From IMG/VR virus record IMGVR_UViG_3300040946_000488: a stretch of 64,000 bases of DNA. One strand, given 5' to 3'. The position numbers were made by a program, and so were the translations under genes. The notes under the pieces were generated by a model that saw nothing but the letters and a program-made list of their open reading frames with translations, had not been told where the DNA came from and did not search any database. This DNA comes from an uncultured virus (IMG/VR IMGVR_UViG_3300040946_000488) (lineage: Duplodnaviria > Heunggongvirae > Uroviricota > Caudoviricetes). Below, in pieces: positions 43,010 through 54,406 of this stretch. Each line of letters starts with the position of its first letter. Position 1 is the first letter of the stretch.

Positions 43010-45757
43010 ATGAAGATCACCTTCTGGAAAGGAGTGTTCGTGGCCCAGGCCGAGGCGTCGGAGAGATCTGCGCTGGAACGTGCCGGGTTCGCCATGCACG
43101 AGCCCACCCTGTGCGAGGACAAGGCCCGGTGCAAGGCATGCCGGGGCAAGATCGGGAGATACTACTGGTCCTCCCGCGTGGAAGACGCCACCCGGCTCAG
43201 GTCCCACTGCAACGACCTGGCCTTGCGGGCCATGAAGAACCACCTGGACCGGCTGGAGAAGTCCAGGGCCGTGACCGCCGACATCGAGGTCCCCCATCCC
43301 CCGGGGATGGACTACCTGCCCTACCAGAAAGCCGGAATCTCGTATGCCCTGCAACGGAAAGACACCCTGATCGGGGATCAGCCAGGCCTGGGCAAGGATC
43401 AGCCCCTGGACGCCAAGCTCCTGACGCCCACCGGATGGACCCTGATGGGACACATAAAATTGGGCGATCTTATCATCGGCTCCGACGGACTCCCCCACCC
43501 GGTGACCGGCATCTTCCCCCAGGGCAAGAAGAAAGTCTTCAGGGTCACCTTCCAGGATGGATCCTCCACGGAATGCGGAGACGAACACCTATGGGAGGTC
43601 AACACTTCCCTGCGCAGATGGGGCGGATACGCCCCTCGCATCAAGACTCTCCGAGAAATCCGATCCAGGTTGACCGACAAGGATGGCAAGCGAAGGCATT
43701 TCATCAAGCTGGCCAAGCCGATCGACTTCAGGACAAGCTTCAATCCATTCATATGCCCCTACGTGATGGGCTACCTGCTAGGCAACAGAGGATTCTCTCA
43801 AGTCAGCGTCCGCGTCACCATCCCCGACCCTGAATCCGTCAAGAGGATCAACCATCTCCTCCCACCAGGATTCATCCTCTCCCAGCAAACCCCCATCGAC
43901 TACATCATCACGTACAAGGACAAGAAAAAACGCAGGAAATCAAATGCTGTCCTGGATGAGATGAGACGCCTGGGGCTCATGGGACATCGAACTGAAAAAA
44001 AATTCATCCCACCAGAATACTTCTGGATCGATGCCCAATCACGCCTGGACTTATTACAGGGACTGCTCGATGCTGATGCCCACTCGCGTCCCCTGGACGG
44101 CAACGTCGAGTACAGCAGCTCATCGCCTCGACTCGCGCGTGACACGCAGCAACTGATATGGAGCCTAGGGGGGACTGCCAAGATCCGTCCCAAGCCCACC
44201 AAGAGACTCCCCTCGTACCGGATGAGCGTCAGGATGCCCCCCGGAATCCCTCTCTTCCGGTTGAGACGGAAACTGATATGCCAGGGAAAATGGACAAAAT
44301 ATCCTCCTTACAGGGTCATCGCATCCGTCAAAGAAATTGGGATCAAGGAAACCCAGTGCATCCGGGTAGATTCGCCAGACGGCCTCTACGTCACCGATGA
44401 CTTCATCCTCACCCACAATACGGTAGAGGCGCTAGGGTTCATCAACTACCTCAAGGCAAGGCATGTCCTGGTGGTGGCACCCGCCACCCTGTCCTTCAAC
44501 TGGAAGCTGGAGGCCGAGAAGTGGCTCGTCGAGCCGTATGAGATCTTTATCCCCGAGGCTGGCATGGATGCCATCCCGGAGATTGGGGATCGCCGGCTCC
44601 TCGTGATCTGCAATTACGAGAAGCTGGCCACCCGGGCCAGGGACGGCACGGAACAAGAAACGGAGTTCGCCAAGAGCCTGAGACGGGTATGGGACGTCTC
44701 CGTCTTCGACGAGGCCCACGCCCTCAAGAACCCAGGGTCCAAGCGCTCACAGGCCGTCCTCGGCGAATTCGGGCTCATGCGCCGATCGCACAGGACCCTG
44801 TTCCTCACCGGGACCCCCATGGAGAACTTCCCGAAGGAGATCTGGCCGATAGCGGCCTCCATCTGCCCGGCCAAGTTCGGCGACTGGTGGGACTTCGCGC
44901 GGCGGTACTGCGGGCTGCACTCCGAGATGCACGGCACCCACAAGGCGTGGGTGAGCACGGGATCTTCGCACCTCTCCGAACTGCAACAACGGCTACGCTC
45001 CACCTTCATGGTGCGCCGGCTGAAGCAAGACGTCCTCAAGGAACTGCCCCCCAAGCGGCGACAGCTCGTCGTCCTGGGCGACTCCCAGATCGACTGGTCC
45101 CAGCACCCCGAATTCCGGAAATGGAAGGAAATCTACGAGAGACGCTACGAGGAAGCCCTCGCCAAGCTGGAGGCCGCCAAGACCACCGCCGAATACCGGG
45201 CCGCCATGAAGGCACTGGATGCCTTCATCGGCATCGCCTTCCAAGAGATGTCGGAGTTCCGGCACAAGACCGCCCTGGCCAAGCTGCCCATGTGCGTGAG
45301 TTACCTGGACCAGATGCTGGCGGCAACCAACGACAGCATCGTCATCTTCGCCCACCACAAGGACGTCCTGCAGAAGCTCGCCGAGCACTTCGCGAGCGAC
45401 TGCGTTGTCCTGTTTGGCGACACCCCGATGGACGAGCGTGGGAAAGTGGTGAAGGACTTCCAGGAGGGACGAAAACGGATCTTCATCGGCGGGCTGAAGG
45501 CGGCGGGGGCCGGCTTGACATTGACGAAGGCATCGACGGTGGTGTTCATCGAGATCGACTGGAACCCCGCCACGCTCAGCCAGGCGGAAGATCGCCTATG
45601 CCGGATCGGGCAGAAGAAGATGGTCCACGTCCTGCACCTGGTGCTCAACAACACCCTCGACGTCAACATGGGACAGCGGGTGATCCAGAAACAAGGCACG
45701 ATCGACCGGGCACTGGATCACCTGCCCGAACAACTGAGGCTCAAGCAAGTAGGCTGA
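43010..45757 (+). CDS. SNF2/HARP-like helicase with intein
   Basis: GDQPGLGK|T, FDEAH, LTGTP.EN, QAEDRLCRIGQ. Confidence 0.93.
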   Translation: MKITFWKGVFVAQAEASERSALERAGFAMHEPTLCEDKARCKACRGKIGRYYWSSRVEDATRLRSHCNDLALRAMKNHLDRLEKSRAVTADIEVPHPPGMDYLPYQKAGISYALQRKDTLIGDQPGLGKDQPLDAKLLTPTGWTLMGHIKLGDLIIGSDGLPHPVTGIFPQGKKKVFRVTFQDGSSTECGDEHLWEVNTSLRRWGGYAPRIKTLREIRSRLTDKDGKRRHFIKLAKPIDFRTSFNPFICPYVMGYLLGNRGFSQVSVRVTIPDPESVKRINHLLPPGFILSQQTPIDYIITYKDKKKRRKSNAVLDEMRRLGLMGHRTEKKFIPPEYFWIDAQSRLDLLQGLLDADAHSRPLDGNVEYSSSSPRLARDTQQLIWSLGGTAKIRPKPTKRLPSYRMSVRMPPGIPLFRLRRKLICQGKWTKYPPYRVIASVKEIGIKETQCIRVDSPDGLYVTDDFILTHNTVEALGFINYLKARHVLVVAPATLSFNWKLEAEKWLVEPYEIFIPEAGMDAIPEIGDRRLLVICNYEKLATRARDGTEQETEFAKSLRRVWDVSVFDEAHALKNPGSKRSQAVLGEFGLMRRSHRTLFLTGTPMENFPKEIWPIAASICPAKFGDWWDFARRYCGLHSEMHGTHKAWVSTGSSHLSELQQRLRSTFMVRRLKQDVLKELPPKRRQLVVLGDSQIDWSQHPEFRKWKEIYERRYEEALAKLEAAKTTAEYRAAMKALDAFIGIAFQEMSEFRHKTALAKLPMCVSYLDQMLAATNDSIVIFAHHKDVLQKLAEHFASDCVVLFGDTPMDERGKVVKDFQEGRKRIFIGGLKAAGAGLTLTKASTVVFIEIDWNPATLSQAEDRLCRIGQKKMVHVLHLVLNNTLDVNMGQRVIQKQGTIDRALDHLPEQLRLKQVG
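43397..44419 (+). other. Class 3 intein (341 aa) with LAGLIDADG domain
   Basis: Starts DQPLDAKLLTPTGW; WCT triad in EHLW / TQCIRV / LTHN-T. Confidence 0.88.
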
Positions 45758-46075
45758 CCATGAATCTGAAATGGCGCTATTATTTGATGAGCAGGCCGGT
45801 GGGCTCAGTCCCCTATGTCCTGAACCATAGGAAAGGATCGAAGAGCCTGGATGACATCACCAAGCATGCCCTGGAACTTTTCCATCGAGTACGCCCTGAA
45901 ATGAAAAAAGCAGGCATGGAAGAAGCTAGCATTTTCCCCATCGTGATAATCCAAAGCCTATCCCTCCAATCAGCTATCAAGAACATAGGGCCAATAAAAA
46001 AGACCTGGACATCCTTCCCTGTGACACCGTCAACGACCCCTCCCTAAAGGAAGGGGTTTCCGCACAGAGAACACC

Positions 46076-47506
46076 ATGAAAAAAGATCCCCCCGGGAAGC
46101 CTCCCAAGAAACTACCCGATCATGACGTGAAGCCCGGCAGCTCGCTCTCCTGGAGCGAGGATGCCTTCCACCATGCCGTCAAGCCCGGCAGCTCTTTCGA
46201 GGCCAAGGACCCAGGAAGCAAGCCGGCCCCAGATGAGGAAGGCATGGACCGCACCATCCGCTCCATGCTCCCCCCTGAGATGGCCAAGATGTTCCCGGAT
46301 CCCACCCACCTCGACGACGTGATCGGCCCCGCGGAACAGAAGACCCTCCAGCGCATGATCGACAAGCACCTCAAGCCCGAGATGCCGTCGATGGAAAACG
46401 ATCCCTTCTCGGACGGGGTGCCCTCGGCATCCCCCCTGGCCCCCGCGCCTCCCCCCCTCCCACCCCTCGGCGTGGGACCAAGGACGAGATCGCCCAAGGA
46501 ACACCTGGCCCACTCCAAGCTGCGCCTGGCCAAGCTGCGGGCCAAGCTGAAGCTCAAGAACGCCATCCGGAAGGAAGGGCCCCAGGGCGAGAAGCTGTCG
46601 ATGCGGCTCTCCGACCTTCCCACCGTCATGCTCCCCCTCGACAAGATCGCGATCGATCCAGGCTTCAGATCTTTCCGCCTGCCCCCGACCCCCGAGGACC
46701 GTGCCCTGCTCATGGCGAGCATACGATCGGAAGGGATCATGATCCCCATCAAGGTGGTGGCCGATCCCGCCAACAAGGACACCTGGCTGCTCCGATCGGG
46801 CTTCCGCCGCGTCGATGCCGCCAACATCCTGAAATGGAAACACATCCCAGCCATCATCCTCCCCGAAGATCTGCCCGAGGACATGGAATACTGGGGCCAC
46901 ATCGTCGAGAACACCAGCCGCAACCTCCACGCCTACGAAATCGCGCTGGCAGCCAAGATAATGCGCGACGAGTTCAAGATCGGGTACAAGGAATTCGCCC
47001 TGCGGGCCGGCTACCACGCACACTACGTCGACAACCTGCTGCGTGCCATCGACCGCCTGCCCCCCGAGATCGTGGACAAGTGGAAGGCACGTGAATCCAT
47101 ACCCTTCGACATCCTGTACGATTGGTCCACCATGCTGCCCTCGGAAGCGCTCAAGGCGTACAACGTGCATGCCGGCCTGCACCCGAACATCAGCCGGATA
47201 GAGACCGTGCCCTCCCGGCCTCCTACACCGCGCGAGAGGATCCAGCACCAGATCCGCACCGCCAGCGAGACCGGCTTCAAGCGGATGAAGAATGCCCGCG
47301 ATGCCCTGGAAATGTCCACCAAGATCGATCCAATCCTCCAGGACTTCGGGCTGAAGGTCATAGACTTCTGCATGGGAGCCCGCCCCAACATCCCCGGCGT
47401 CTACGATTCCGACCTGGAGATCAAGAAGGCCCGCCAGCGCAGCCGTAAACGACGGATGGAGCCCGAGCCCGATCCCGAACCGGATCCCGATCCGGATCCG
47501 GAATGA
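46076..47506 (+). CDS. ParB-like protein
   Basis: SIRSEGIMIPIKV...SGFRR..AA...EN..R.L..YE.A; PD-repeat tail. Confidence 0.8.
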   Translation: MKKDPPGKPPKKLPDHDVKPGSSLSWSEDAFHHAVKPGSSFEAKDPGSKPAPDEEGMDRTIRSMLPPEMAKMFPDPTHLDDVIGPAEQKTLQRMIDKHLKPEMPSMENDPFSDGVPSASPLAPAPPPLPPLGVGPRTRSPKEHLAHSKLRLAKLRAKLKLKNAIRKEGPQGEKLSMRLSDLPTVMLPLDKIAIDPGFRSFRLPPTPEDRALLMASIRSEGIMIPIKVVADPANKDTWLLRSGFRRVDAANILKWKHIPAIILPEDLPEDMEYWGHIVENTSRNLHAYEIALAAKIMRDEFKIGYKEFALRAGYHAHYVDNLLRAIDRLPPEIVDKWKARESIPFDILYDWSTMLPSEALKAYNVHAGLHPNISRIETVPSRPPTPRERIQHQIRTASETGFKRMKNARDALEMSTKIDPILQDFGLKVIDFCMGARPNIPGVYDSDLEIKKARQRSRKRRMEPEPDPEPDPDPDPE

Positions 47507-47523
47507 AACCGAAGAAATAATTA

Positions 47524-47823
47524 TTGCGTCTGCTTTTCTATGCGATGGTATGCCCTGCCACCGCGATGAAGACTGCCGGCAAACGCAAGATGCACCTGGT
47601 GCAGACCGTCCTCGACCCGACGACGTTGAGGAAACTCGACACCCTGGCCAGGGCCGCCGGGCACAAGCGGGCAGGCTACCTGCGACACCTCGTCGAGATG
47701 CACATCCAGGATCTCGAATCGCGAGGAATGAACGTCCCCGGCCCCGGTCCCCATGCTCTCCTGGAAGACAAGGAACTGGCCAGGCCCGCCAGGAACGGCA
47801 CGCCTGGCGTCCACATGCCCTGA
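47524..47823 (+). CDS. Ribbon-helix-helix DNA-binding protein
   Basis: VQTVLD....KLD.LA...G..RA.YLR.LV. Confidence 0.6.
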   Translation: MRLLFYAMVCPATAMKTAGKRKMHLVQTVLDPTTLRKLDTLARAAGHKRAGYLRHLVEMHIQDLESRGMNVPGPGPHALLEDKELARPARNGTPGVHMP

Positions 47824-48858
47824 TCTCGCCAACCACCCCCGAACACGAAAGGCACCTCATGAAACCGACCATCCCCGGACAGCCGCTCCCCCCATTGCCG
47901 CCTCCCCTGGATCTCTGGTTCGAGATCTTGAGACAAGACATGGCCCGCATCCGGACGTGCATGGACGACGATTCCTCGCACCAGATCGCCAGCCTGAACT
48001 TCCGCCATGCCATCTCCCACCTGAGGCTCGGCTGGATGATGGTCACGGATCACAAGTCCCGATCGTCCGCATCCAAGGAAACCTCGGGACTCTCCGGCCT
48101 CGCCAAAGAACATCCCACTTCCCCGGCTGATGAGATCTTCCAGAGAGACTGGGCTGAGTCGCGCGAAGCACAGAAACGACACAAGAAAGAAAACCTGCCC
48201 TGGTGGAAGAAAGACGATCGCTTCGCCCAGTTCACCCGCCTGGCCAAGGAAGACATCCTGCGAGCTTGCAAGATCCAGGGCATCCCCCTGCGACGGGAAG
48301 CCAGCCTCCCCGCCTTCCTGCGTGCCACCATCCTGGCCTGCAAGGATACCCTGATCTACCCGAGGCTGAAGAATCCCCTGGGCTGGGAAAAATTCAAGAT
48401 CGCGGACGAACTCTTCGCGAAGTCCATCTGCATCGTGATAAAGGCCAATCATGACTGCCTGGACACCAGCCTACGGTGCAACCTGTCCCACCTGCTGGGC
48501 TGGCTGCAACATAAACTGGGACTGAGATGAACCATCCTCACGGGACCCGAACATGGACCTGCCCCTCGTGCAAGACTTCATCGACGAGCTGAAGAAGCTC
48601 CCCCCGGACGAGCGCATGGAAGCAATCCTGCGACTGGAGAGTGGGTTCCCCGACCTCTACGCCAAGGCCAGGGCCGAGTCGATCGAACGACGACAAAAAG
48701 AAGGAGGATCATTTTGACCGACGGCCAAGCCAAGATCGTCACGCGAGAATTCCCGGAAGTGACGCAATGCCTGCTCAAGGAGCCATGCCTTGAGACTCCA
48801 TCCAGGTGAAGAACATCTCGGACAAGACCGTCGCACTTGACGGCCATCACAAGCAAAC

Positions 48859-49290
48859 ATGAGACTATCCAAGGTCGAGGCGGCCGAGAAGGTCGCCAAG
48901 CTCCGGCGCCTGGCCAGGGGCACCTCGAACGAGAACGAGGCTGCCACGGCCGAGGCACAGGCCAAGAAGATCATCGCAGAGTACAAGCTCACCAGGGACG
49001 ATCTATCGGGCGGCGAGAAATCGGATGCCTTCGACGATCTGGTGGACACCCTGCACAAGTTCGCCGTCAGCCACCCCGATCTGCCGGGAGGATTGTTCGG
49101 CACCTCGGCCGTCATCCACGACATGCTCGCCAAGATCAAGTCGATCGACAAGGCCAAGAAGAACACGTATCTCGCCTGGATCGCCGGGAGCATCCGGACC
49201 CTGTCTTTCATCTCGGGAGATCGCCCCGAGATCAAGGAACTCAAGAGGATCCTGGACGAGACCCTGCTGCGCCACAACCTGGTGCTCTGA
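48859..49290 (+). CDS. DUF2786-like protein
   Basis: KVAKLRRLA.GTSNENEAATA. Confidence 0.6.
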   Translation: MRLSKVEAAEKVAKLRRLARGTSNENEAATAEAQAKKIIAEYKLTRDDLSGGEKSDAFDDLVDTLHKFAVSHPDLPGGLFGTSAVIHDMLAKIKSIDKAKKNTYLAWIAGSIRTLSFISGDRPEIKELKRILDETLLRHNLVL

Positions 49291-49348
49291 CGACAGCCCA
49301 GGAGGACATGGCCTGGGTCGACAAACCACAACCACGGGAGAACAGTAT

Positions 49349-50269
49349 ATGACAGAGACGATCCCAAGCACCCTTTCCCCCACGAAGGGGGAACAGGTCT
49401 TCCTCATCACGGCCCTATGGGAATCGCTCCAGATCCCCTCCTGGACCAGCGACGTCCTCATCGATCTCGGCAAGATGCTCCATGCCAAGAAGACCCTCAA
49501 GGATTTTCCCCCACAAAAATTCGACCGGCTCTTTCCCCACCTCGTGGTCATCGCGAGCCACCTGGGCGCCAAGCTCCTGTCTGCCTCTCCCGGGGCACAA
49601 GCTGCCGTCCCGACCAAGGAAGAGCAAGCGTTCCTCATCAAGGCACTGTGGGAATCGCTCCTGATCCCCGACTGGAAACGACCAGAACTCGAAGACATGG
49701 GCAAGATGATCTTCGCCAGGCGTTCGCTCAAGGACATCGCCAAGCAGGACGAGCAGATCTTCAACCGCCTCTTCCCGATCCTCGTGGAGATCGCGAACCA
49801 CCTGGGCACCAGGCTCATGACGGCTCCCCCACAGGCCCCGGTGGCCGCCCAATCTCCTGCCCCACCGTCGACCATCCCACCTGCCGTCGTGGCCCCAAAA
49901 CCCCAAGCTCCGGCCCCGCCACCAGAGGCCGTCCCCCCTCCCCCCACTCCTGCCCAGGCTCCCCAAGCCATCGTCCCGCCGCCGGCCGCCCCGCCCATGG
50001 CATCCCCACCTCCCCCGGCTCCAGCCTCAGATCCCCAAGCCATGGGCGACATCAAGCTCGTCGCCACCACGCCCAGCAAGCCAGGGACCCCAGGTACACA
50101 AGCACCATCCTCCCCAGAACCACCTGGCACCATCAAGCTCGTCGCCACCACGCCCAGCAAGCCAGAGACCCCAGAGACCCCAGAGACCCAGACACCAGCC
50201 ACCCCCGAGGTGCCTGACGCCATCTCATACAAGGCACAACAATCCGAGTCCCCCCAACCAAAAAACTGA
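49349..50269 (+). CDS. Protein with duplicated ~75-aa domain and Pro-rich tail
   Basis: Two PTK.EQ.FLI.ALWESL.IP.W...F.RLFP.LV.IA.HLG units. Confidence 0.65.
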   Translation: MTETIPSTLSPTKGEQVFLITALWESLQIPSWTSDVLIDLGKMLHAKKTLKDFPPQKFDRLFPHLVVIASHLGAKLLSASPGAQAAVPTKEEQAFLIKALWESLLIPDWKRPELEDMGKMIFARRSLKDIAKQDEQIFNRLFPILVEIANHLGTRLMTAPPQAPVAAQSPAPPSTIPPAVVAPKPQAPAPPPEAVPPPPTPAQAPQAIVPPPAAPPMASPPPPAPASDPQAMGDIKLVATTPSKPGTPGTQAPSSPEPPGTIKLVATTPSKPETPETPETQTPATPEVPDAISYKAQQSESPQPKN

Positions 50270-52297
50270 CAACCCCGGAGACACCCATGGCCGACAACCT
50301 CGTGATCCCGATCTCAAATATCCAGGGACTGGACGAAGTCCTGCATCCCAGCGACCGTCCCGTCATGGGCAAGCAGCGCCTCGTCCGCTTCCTCCCCGTC
50401 ATGGACACCGGCCTGTACCCCGCCATCTGGATCTCCCCATATACCGTCAAGGAACAGATCGAGACAGATGGTCCATTCGTCCCGGTAGTCAGGTGCGTGG
50501 TCCTGGTATCGAAGGGTCCCCCGAAGCCCGACATCGTCGTGCTTACCATGAGGCCAGAGGACATCGAAAAATTCCCTCGTGCTCCGGTCGAATGGTAAAC
50601 AAGGAGGAGAACATGTTCGTGTGCAGCCATCCCGGGTGCGACGAACGCCTCCCGGGCAGCCACCAGGGACAAGAGATCCCACCAGGGTGGACGGTGGCCC
50701 GCATCGAAGAGCACGGGAAAACCACCATCAAATGCTACTACCTGTACCTGTGCCCTGAACACATCATGGCCAGCGCCATCCGGCAAGCCAAACTTTTCTA
50801 AGGACCCCAACATGAAGATCTCAAGCATGTTCGACGTGATGACCGATGCCCATGACATCCTCGACTTCTTCGAGGGCGTCAACACCACCGATCAACTCGT
50901 GTCCAGGCTGGAACGCCTGAAATCGCAGCCCGGCCGCACCAACCTGCTGGCCTGCATCGACAGCCTGAGGGCCAGCCTCTACGTACTGCTCGATGACACC
51001 CTGGAAGTATCGACGTTCGGGGGCGAGGCGGAAGAAAGCCCGGACGACGATCTCACCGACGCCGAGCTGGACAAGCTGGTGGCTGACACCCTGCCACCTG
51101 CCCAGCCGCCTGAGATGCCCCAACCCCCCTCGCCACCCACCATCCCCGATCAAGCCCCAGTGACAGAAAAGCAAATTCTGGAGCCTGCCGCGGATGGAAA
51201 AGATGAAAAAAACCCAGGTACTTGATGGCGAAAAATATGATAAGATTGATGCATCTCCCAAGAGAGGAGGATGCAAAAAATGTCCCACGCGCTGGCATAC
51301 CGATGCGACGACCCGGATTCCGATCTCAATCAGATCGCGAACCTCACCGTCGACTGCTACCGCTGCGATCCGGACAATCCTCTCGCGGTGCCAGATCCAT
51401 CGAAGTGTCCCGAGTGCAAGGGAACGAGGCGGGCGCCTGTCCACTACGCCCAGATCTTGTCCGAGATCCGGGAATCGCATGCCGAGCAGGAGAAACAGAT
51501 GTCCGCGGAAGGCTCGGAAGACGACTCAGGCGAAGTCCTGGAAGACTATTCGGACGAAGACGACACCTTCGTCGACTGAGTCGCCATGCCCGCTCCAGGC
51601 ACCATGCCTTGAGGCATGATCGCCATCGAGAAGTGACCCATGCCCGCTCAAGGGTCCATGCCAACAGATAGATGAAGGATCACCCATGCTCACGACAGAG
51701 ACCAAGACCCACACGTTCTACATCCCGACCCAACGATGCGCCAAATGCGGAAGCGCCAACACCTCCGTGCGGCTGATCCCGGGCAAGAAAAAGGGACATG
51801 AACCTATCCCGATCAACAAGTGGACCTGCAATGACTGCAGCACCATCTTCGACCCCTCGGAAGTCCCCGTGACCGAGCCAATCCTGATCTGTGCCAACTG
51901 CAAGGACATGGTCCCCCACAAGTTCGTGAGGAACGCCGAGGTACAACACGTCCCATCTCCCGACGACCAACCCAGGGAACCCGCGGACACGATCCACCAC
52001 CACGTGATCTCGCACATGTACTCCTGCCTGACGTGCGGCACCGTGCGGGTCTATGGCTGCCACCTCGGGACAGCCTGATATCCATCCCGGAAGATCTCAC
52101 GTGAGCAAGCCCGCCAGCCCCGAGACCGTGCTCTACCAGGAAAAAGAAAAAGCCAGGCTCGAAGGAGAGAGCGACGGGCGCACCATGGGACGCATCGACG
52201 AACGATGCCTCATCGTGAGATGGCTGCGCCGGCAGAGAGGCATGGAGGCATGGCGGCTGGCCAACCTCATCGAGGACGGGATCCACATGGAGGCATC

Positions 52298-52828
52298 ATG
52301 AGCGACCGAAAACGAATGCCCGACGAACGACCCTCGATCACCAAGAAACTGCACATCAAGTGCGTGAACGAGGAAGAGCAGCTCCAGTGGAAAGTCGACA
52401 AGCTGCGCGAGAAACTGCACAAGATCCGGGGACTGGCCCAGCACGGCAGCACCATGATCTCGCCCGACCAGGTGCTGAAGGTGCTCGACGAGCCCGAACG
52501 CCCCCCCACCGAGATCGAGGACGTCAAGGTCTACATCCAGGTGGGCCTGTACCCCGACACGGGACAGCCTGGCGAGATCTTCTTGAAGAGCGACCGCATG
52601 GGATCGACCATCTCCGGGCTGCTCGACGCCCTCTCCATGAGCATCTCCGTGGCACTGCAGTCCGGGGTGCCCCTGGCCTGGTTCGTGGAGAAGATGAAGA
52701 ACATGCAGTTCTTGCCGTCAGGACCCACCACCGATCCCAAGATCCGGAATGCCACCTCGATCGTGGACGGGCTGGCCAAGTGGCTGGAGTACAGGTTCCC
52801 GCCGCCATCTGGAGACACGGCTCCCTGA
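52298..52828 (+). CDS. Stand-alone TSCPD domain (class II RNR C-terminus-like)
   Basis: RMPDERPSIT, VGLYPD.G.PGEIF, SVALQSGVPL, ATSIVD. Confidence 0.8.
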   Translation: MSDRKRMPDERPSITKKLHIKCVNEEEQLQWKVDKLREKLHKIRGLAQHGSTMISPDQVLKVLDEPERPPTEIEDVKVYIQVGLYPDTGQPGEIFLKSDRMGSTISGLLDALSMSISVALQSGVPLAWFVEKMKNMQFLPSGPTTDPKIRNATSIVDGLAKWLEYRFPPPSGDTAP

Positions 52829-52864
52829 GGTCCCAGGACATGGCCTCCTGGCAGGCATCAAGAT

Positions 52865-53503
52865 CTACTTATCGGGCAACGATCCCCTGATCTCTCGGAT
52901 GCGCCAACGAATCGCCTGAGAATCCAACCCCGGATGCTCCTCAAGCAGGCGTGTCACATCTGCCAGATCTTGGAGCCTCTTGCTCGCCCTCCGGCTTGAT
53001 TCCGCCGCGGCTGCCAGCTTCAGCAAGATCAGATCGTCCATCGTGACCAGCCGAAGCCTGAGGCTACCCGCCTGGGCGGGCACTGCCCGATCGACCGAAG
53101 CCGACATGAGATCGTCGGCCGAGAACTGGACCGAGATGCGCTGCTTGCGGGGGGTACCCGAAGGGGCTGGCCCCCTCCAGTTCTCGGACCATCGGTGAAG
53201 ACCATCGTAGCTAAACCCATGCCTCTCCAGCTCCCCCCGGGGTATGTCATCCCGAGAATGAAGGGCAATATCCACATCAGCCGTGGTGCGGGGCTCCTCG
53301 GTGTAGAGCTGGACCGCCACACCACCCATCACCGCGTAGGGAGTGCCGGCATCGTCGAGCACATCCACCAGGCTCGTGAGGACCGTCTCCTTGTCATGTT
53401 CACTCATACCCATGGTCTCGCTCCATAGATGATCGAGCGACAGCCCAATGGCGAATCGCTCGGTGAATTGTTCCGTGGTGGGCTGTGGCACAACAGATAG
53501 CAT
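52865..53503 (-). CDS. Nucleotidyltransferase (AbiEii/DUF6036-like)
   Basis: YAVMGGVAV....PRTTADVD; LKL; start codon uncertain. Confidence 0.75.
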   Translation of the reverse strand: MLSVVPQPTTEQFTERFAIGLSLDHLWSETMGMSEHDKETVLTSLVDVLDDAGTPYAVMGGVAVQLYTEEPRTTADVDIALHSRDDIPRGELERHGFSYDGLHRWSENWRGPAPSGTPRKQRISVQFSADDLMSASVDRAVPAQAGSLRLRLVTMDDLILLKLAAAAESSRRASKRLQDLADVTRLLEEHPGLDSQAIRWRIREIRGSLPDK

Positions 53504-53513
53504 GAGTCCTCCC

Positions 53514-53527
53514 GAACGAGGCGTCAA
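53514..53527 (-). promoter_or_regulatory. Conserved promoter motif copy
   Basis: TTGACGCCTCGTTC, 17-nt spacer, CATGCT. Confidence 0.5.
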
Positions 53528-53794
53528 GGAAGATCACGACAGAGACGACCCAGCCCCCCTGAGATCACAATCTGTAATCTCAGGAAAACCGAATCTTGCC
53601 CTTCATCCCCGAGAGCGCCTGCCAGCAAGAATCAGCCATCGCAGCCAGGTAAACGAGATCATGCACGGCCTGTTCCTTGGTGATCTTATTGTGCTTGGCA
53701 TGCTTGACCAACCACCCGCCCAGGTGGGGAGGCAATGTCACCGTGAGCTTGAGACTCTTTTTCTTGGCCTTCATCGAGGTTCCCTTCCCGTGGA

Positions 53795-54406
53795 TCAAGT
53801 CCACATGTAACCACGCACCTTGATCAACCGGATCATCATCTCCTCGTCCCTGGCCTCAAGCGCCTCCTCCATCGACCAGCACTGGGCGCGAAGCTCTTCC
53901 TCTTCCTTGGTGAGGATCTCTTTTTTCAACCTGGACATCCCTTCCCCGATCGGCTCGAACTCGAACGGCCTCGCGTAAGCCTTGGAGAGGAGGGCATCAT
54001 GGCGATCATGCTCGATCTTGCGATCATGCGTCCACCACTGGTAGATGTCCAGCATCTCTTTTTTGGCTGCGGCGTGGGCATCACGATTGGCATTCCCGGA
54101 AGGATCTGCGCCTTCCCCTGCTGCGGCCATCTCGGCGGCAGAGCGCCAGTCCACATAGCAGTCGAACGCCTTCTCTTCCTCGACGAAGCCCACCAAGACA
54201 GCCATGTTCGCGAACAAGATCCCCTCGCTCCGGTCCATCCAGCCCCAGGCATAGCCGTTGCGCCTGCTCCGGATGTCGAGCATGTGATAACGATGGTAGG
54301 TGTGCGTCCTCAGCCAGTACACGGCGCGGCTGACGTGCCTGAGCGGGCCGAAGTGCCAGGACTCCAGCCACCTGCGGAACCTCTTCAATGCATGCGGCTT
54401 CTTCAT
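53795..54406 (-). CDS. Conserved hypothetical phage protein
   Basis: W.D...LFAN..L..FVE.E...IYQWW...RLIKVR.YMWT. Confidence 0.6.
   Translation of the reverse strand: MKKPHALKRFRRWLESWHFGPLRHVSRAVYWLRTHTYHRYHMLDIRSRRNGYAWGWMDRSEGILFANMAVLVGFVEEEKAFDCYVDWRSAAEMAAAGEGADPSGNANRDAHAAAKKEMLDIYQWWTHDRKIEHDRHDALLSKAYARPFEFEPIGEGMSRLKKEILTKEEEELRAQCWSMEEALEARDEEMMIRLIKVRGYMWT

Noticed and set aside
532..48046. Long antisense ORFs (e.g. 532-1902 +, 13311-14588 +, 20681-22336 +, 46112-48046 -)
   Set aside because: They mirror motif-supported genes on the opposite strand, a typical artefact of high GC
50050..50200. Direct repeats near 50050 and 50130
   Set aside because: Coding duplication (IKLVATTPSKP) in a Pro-rich tail, not att sites or a TSD
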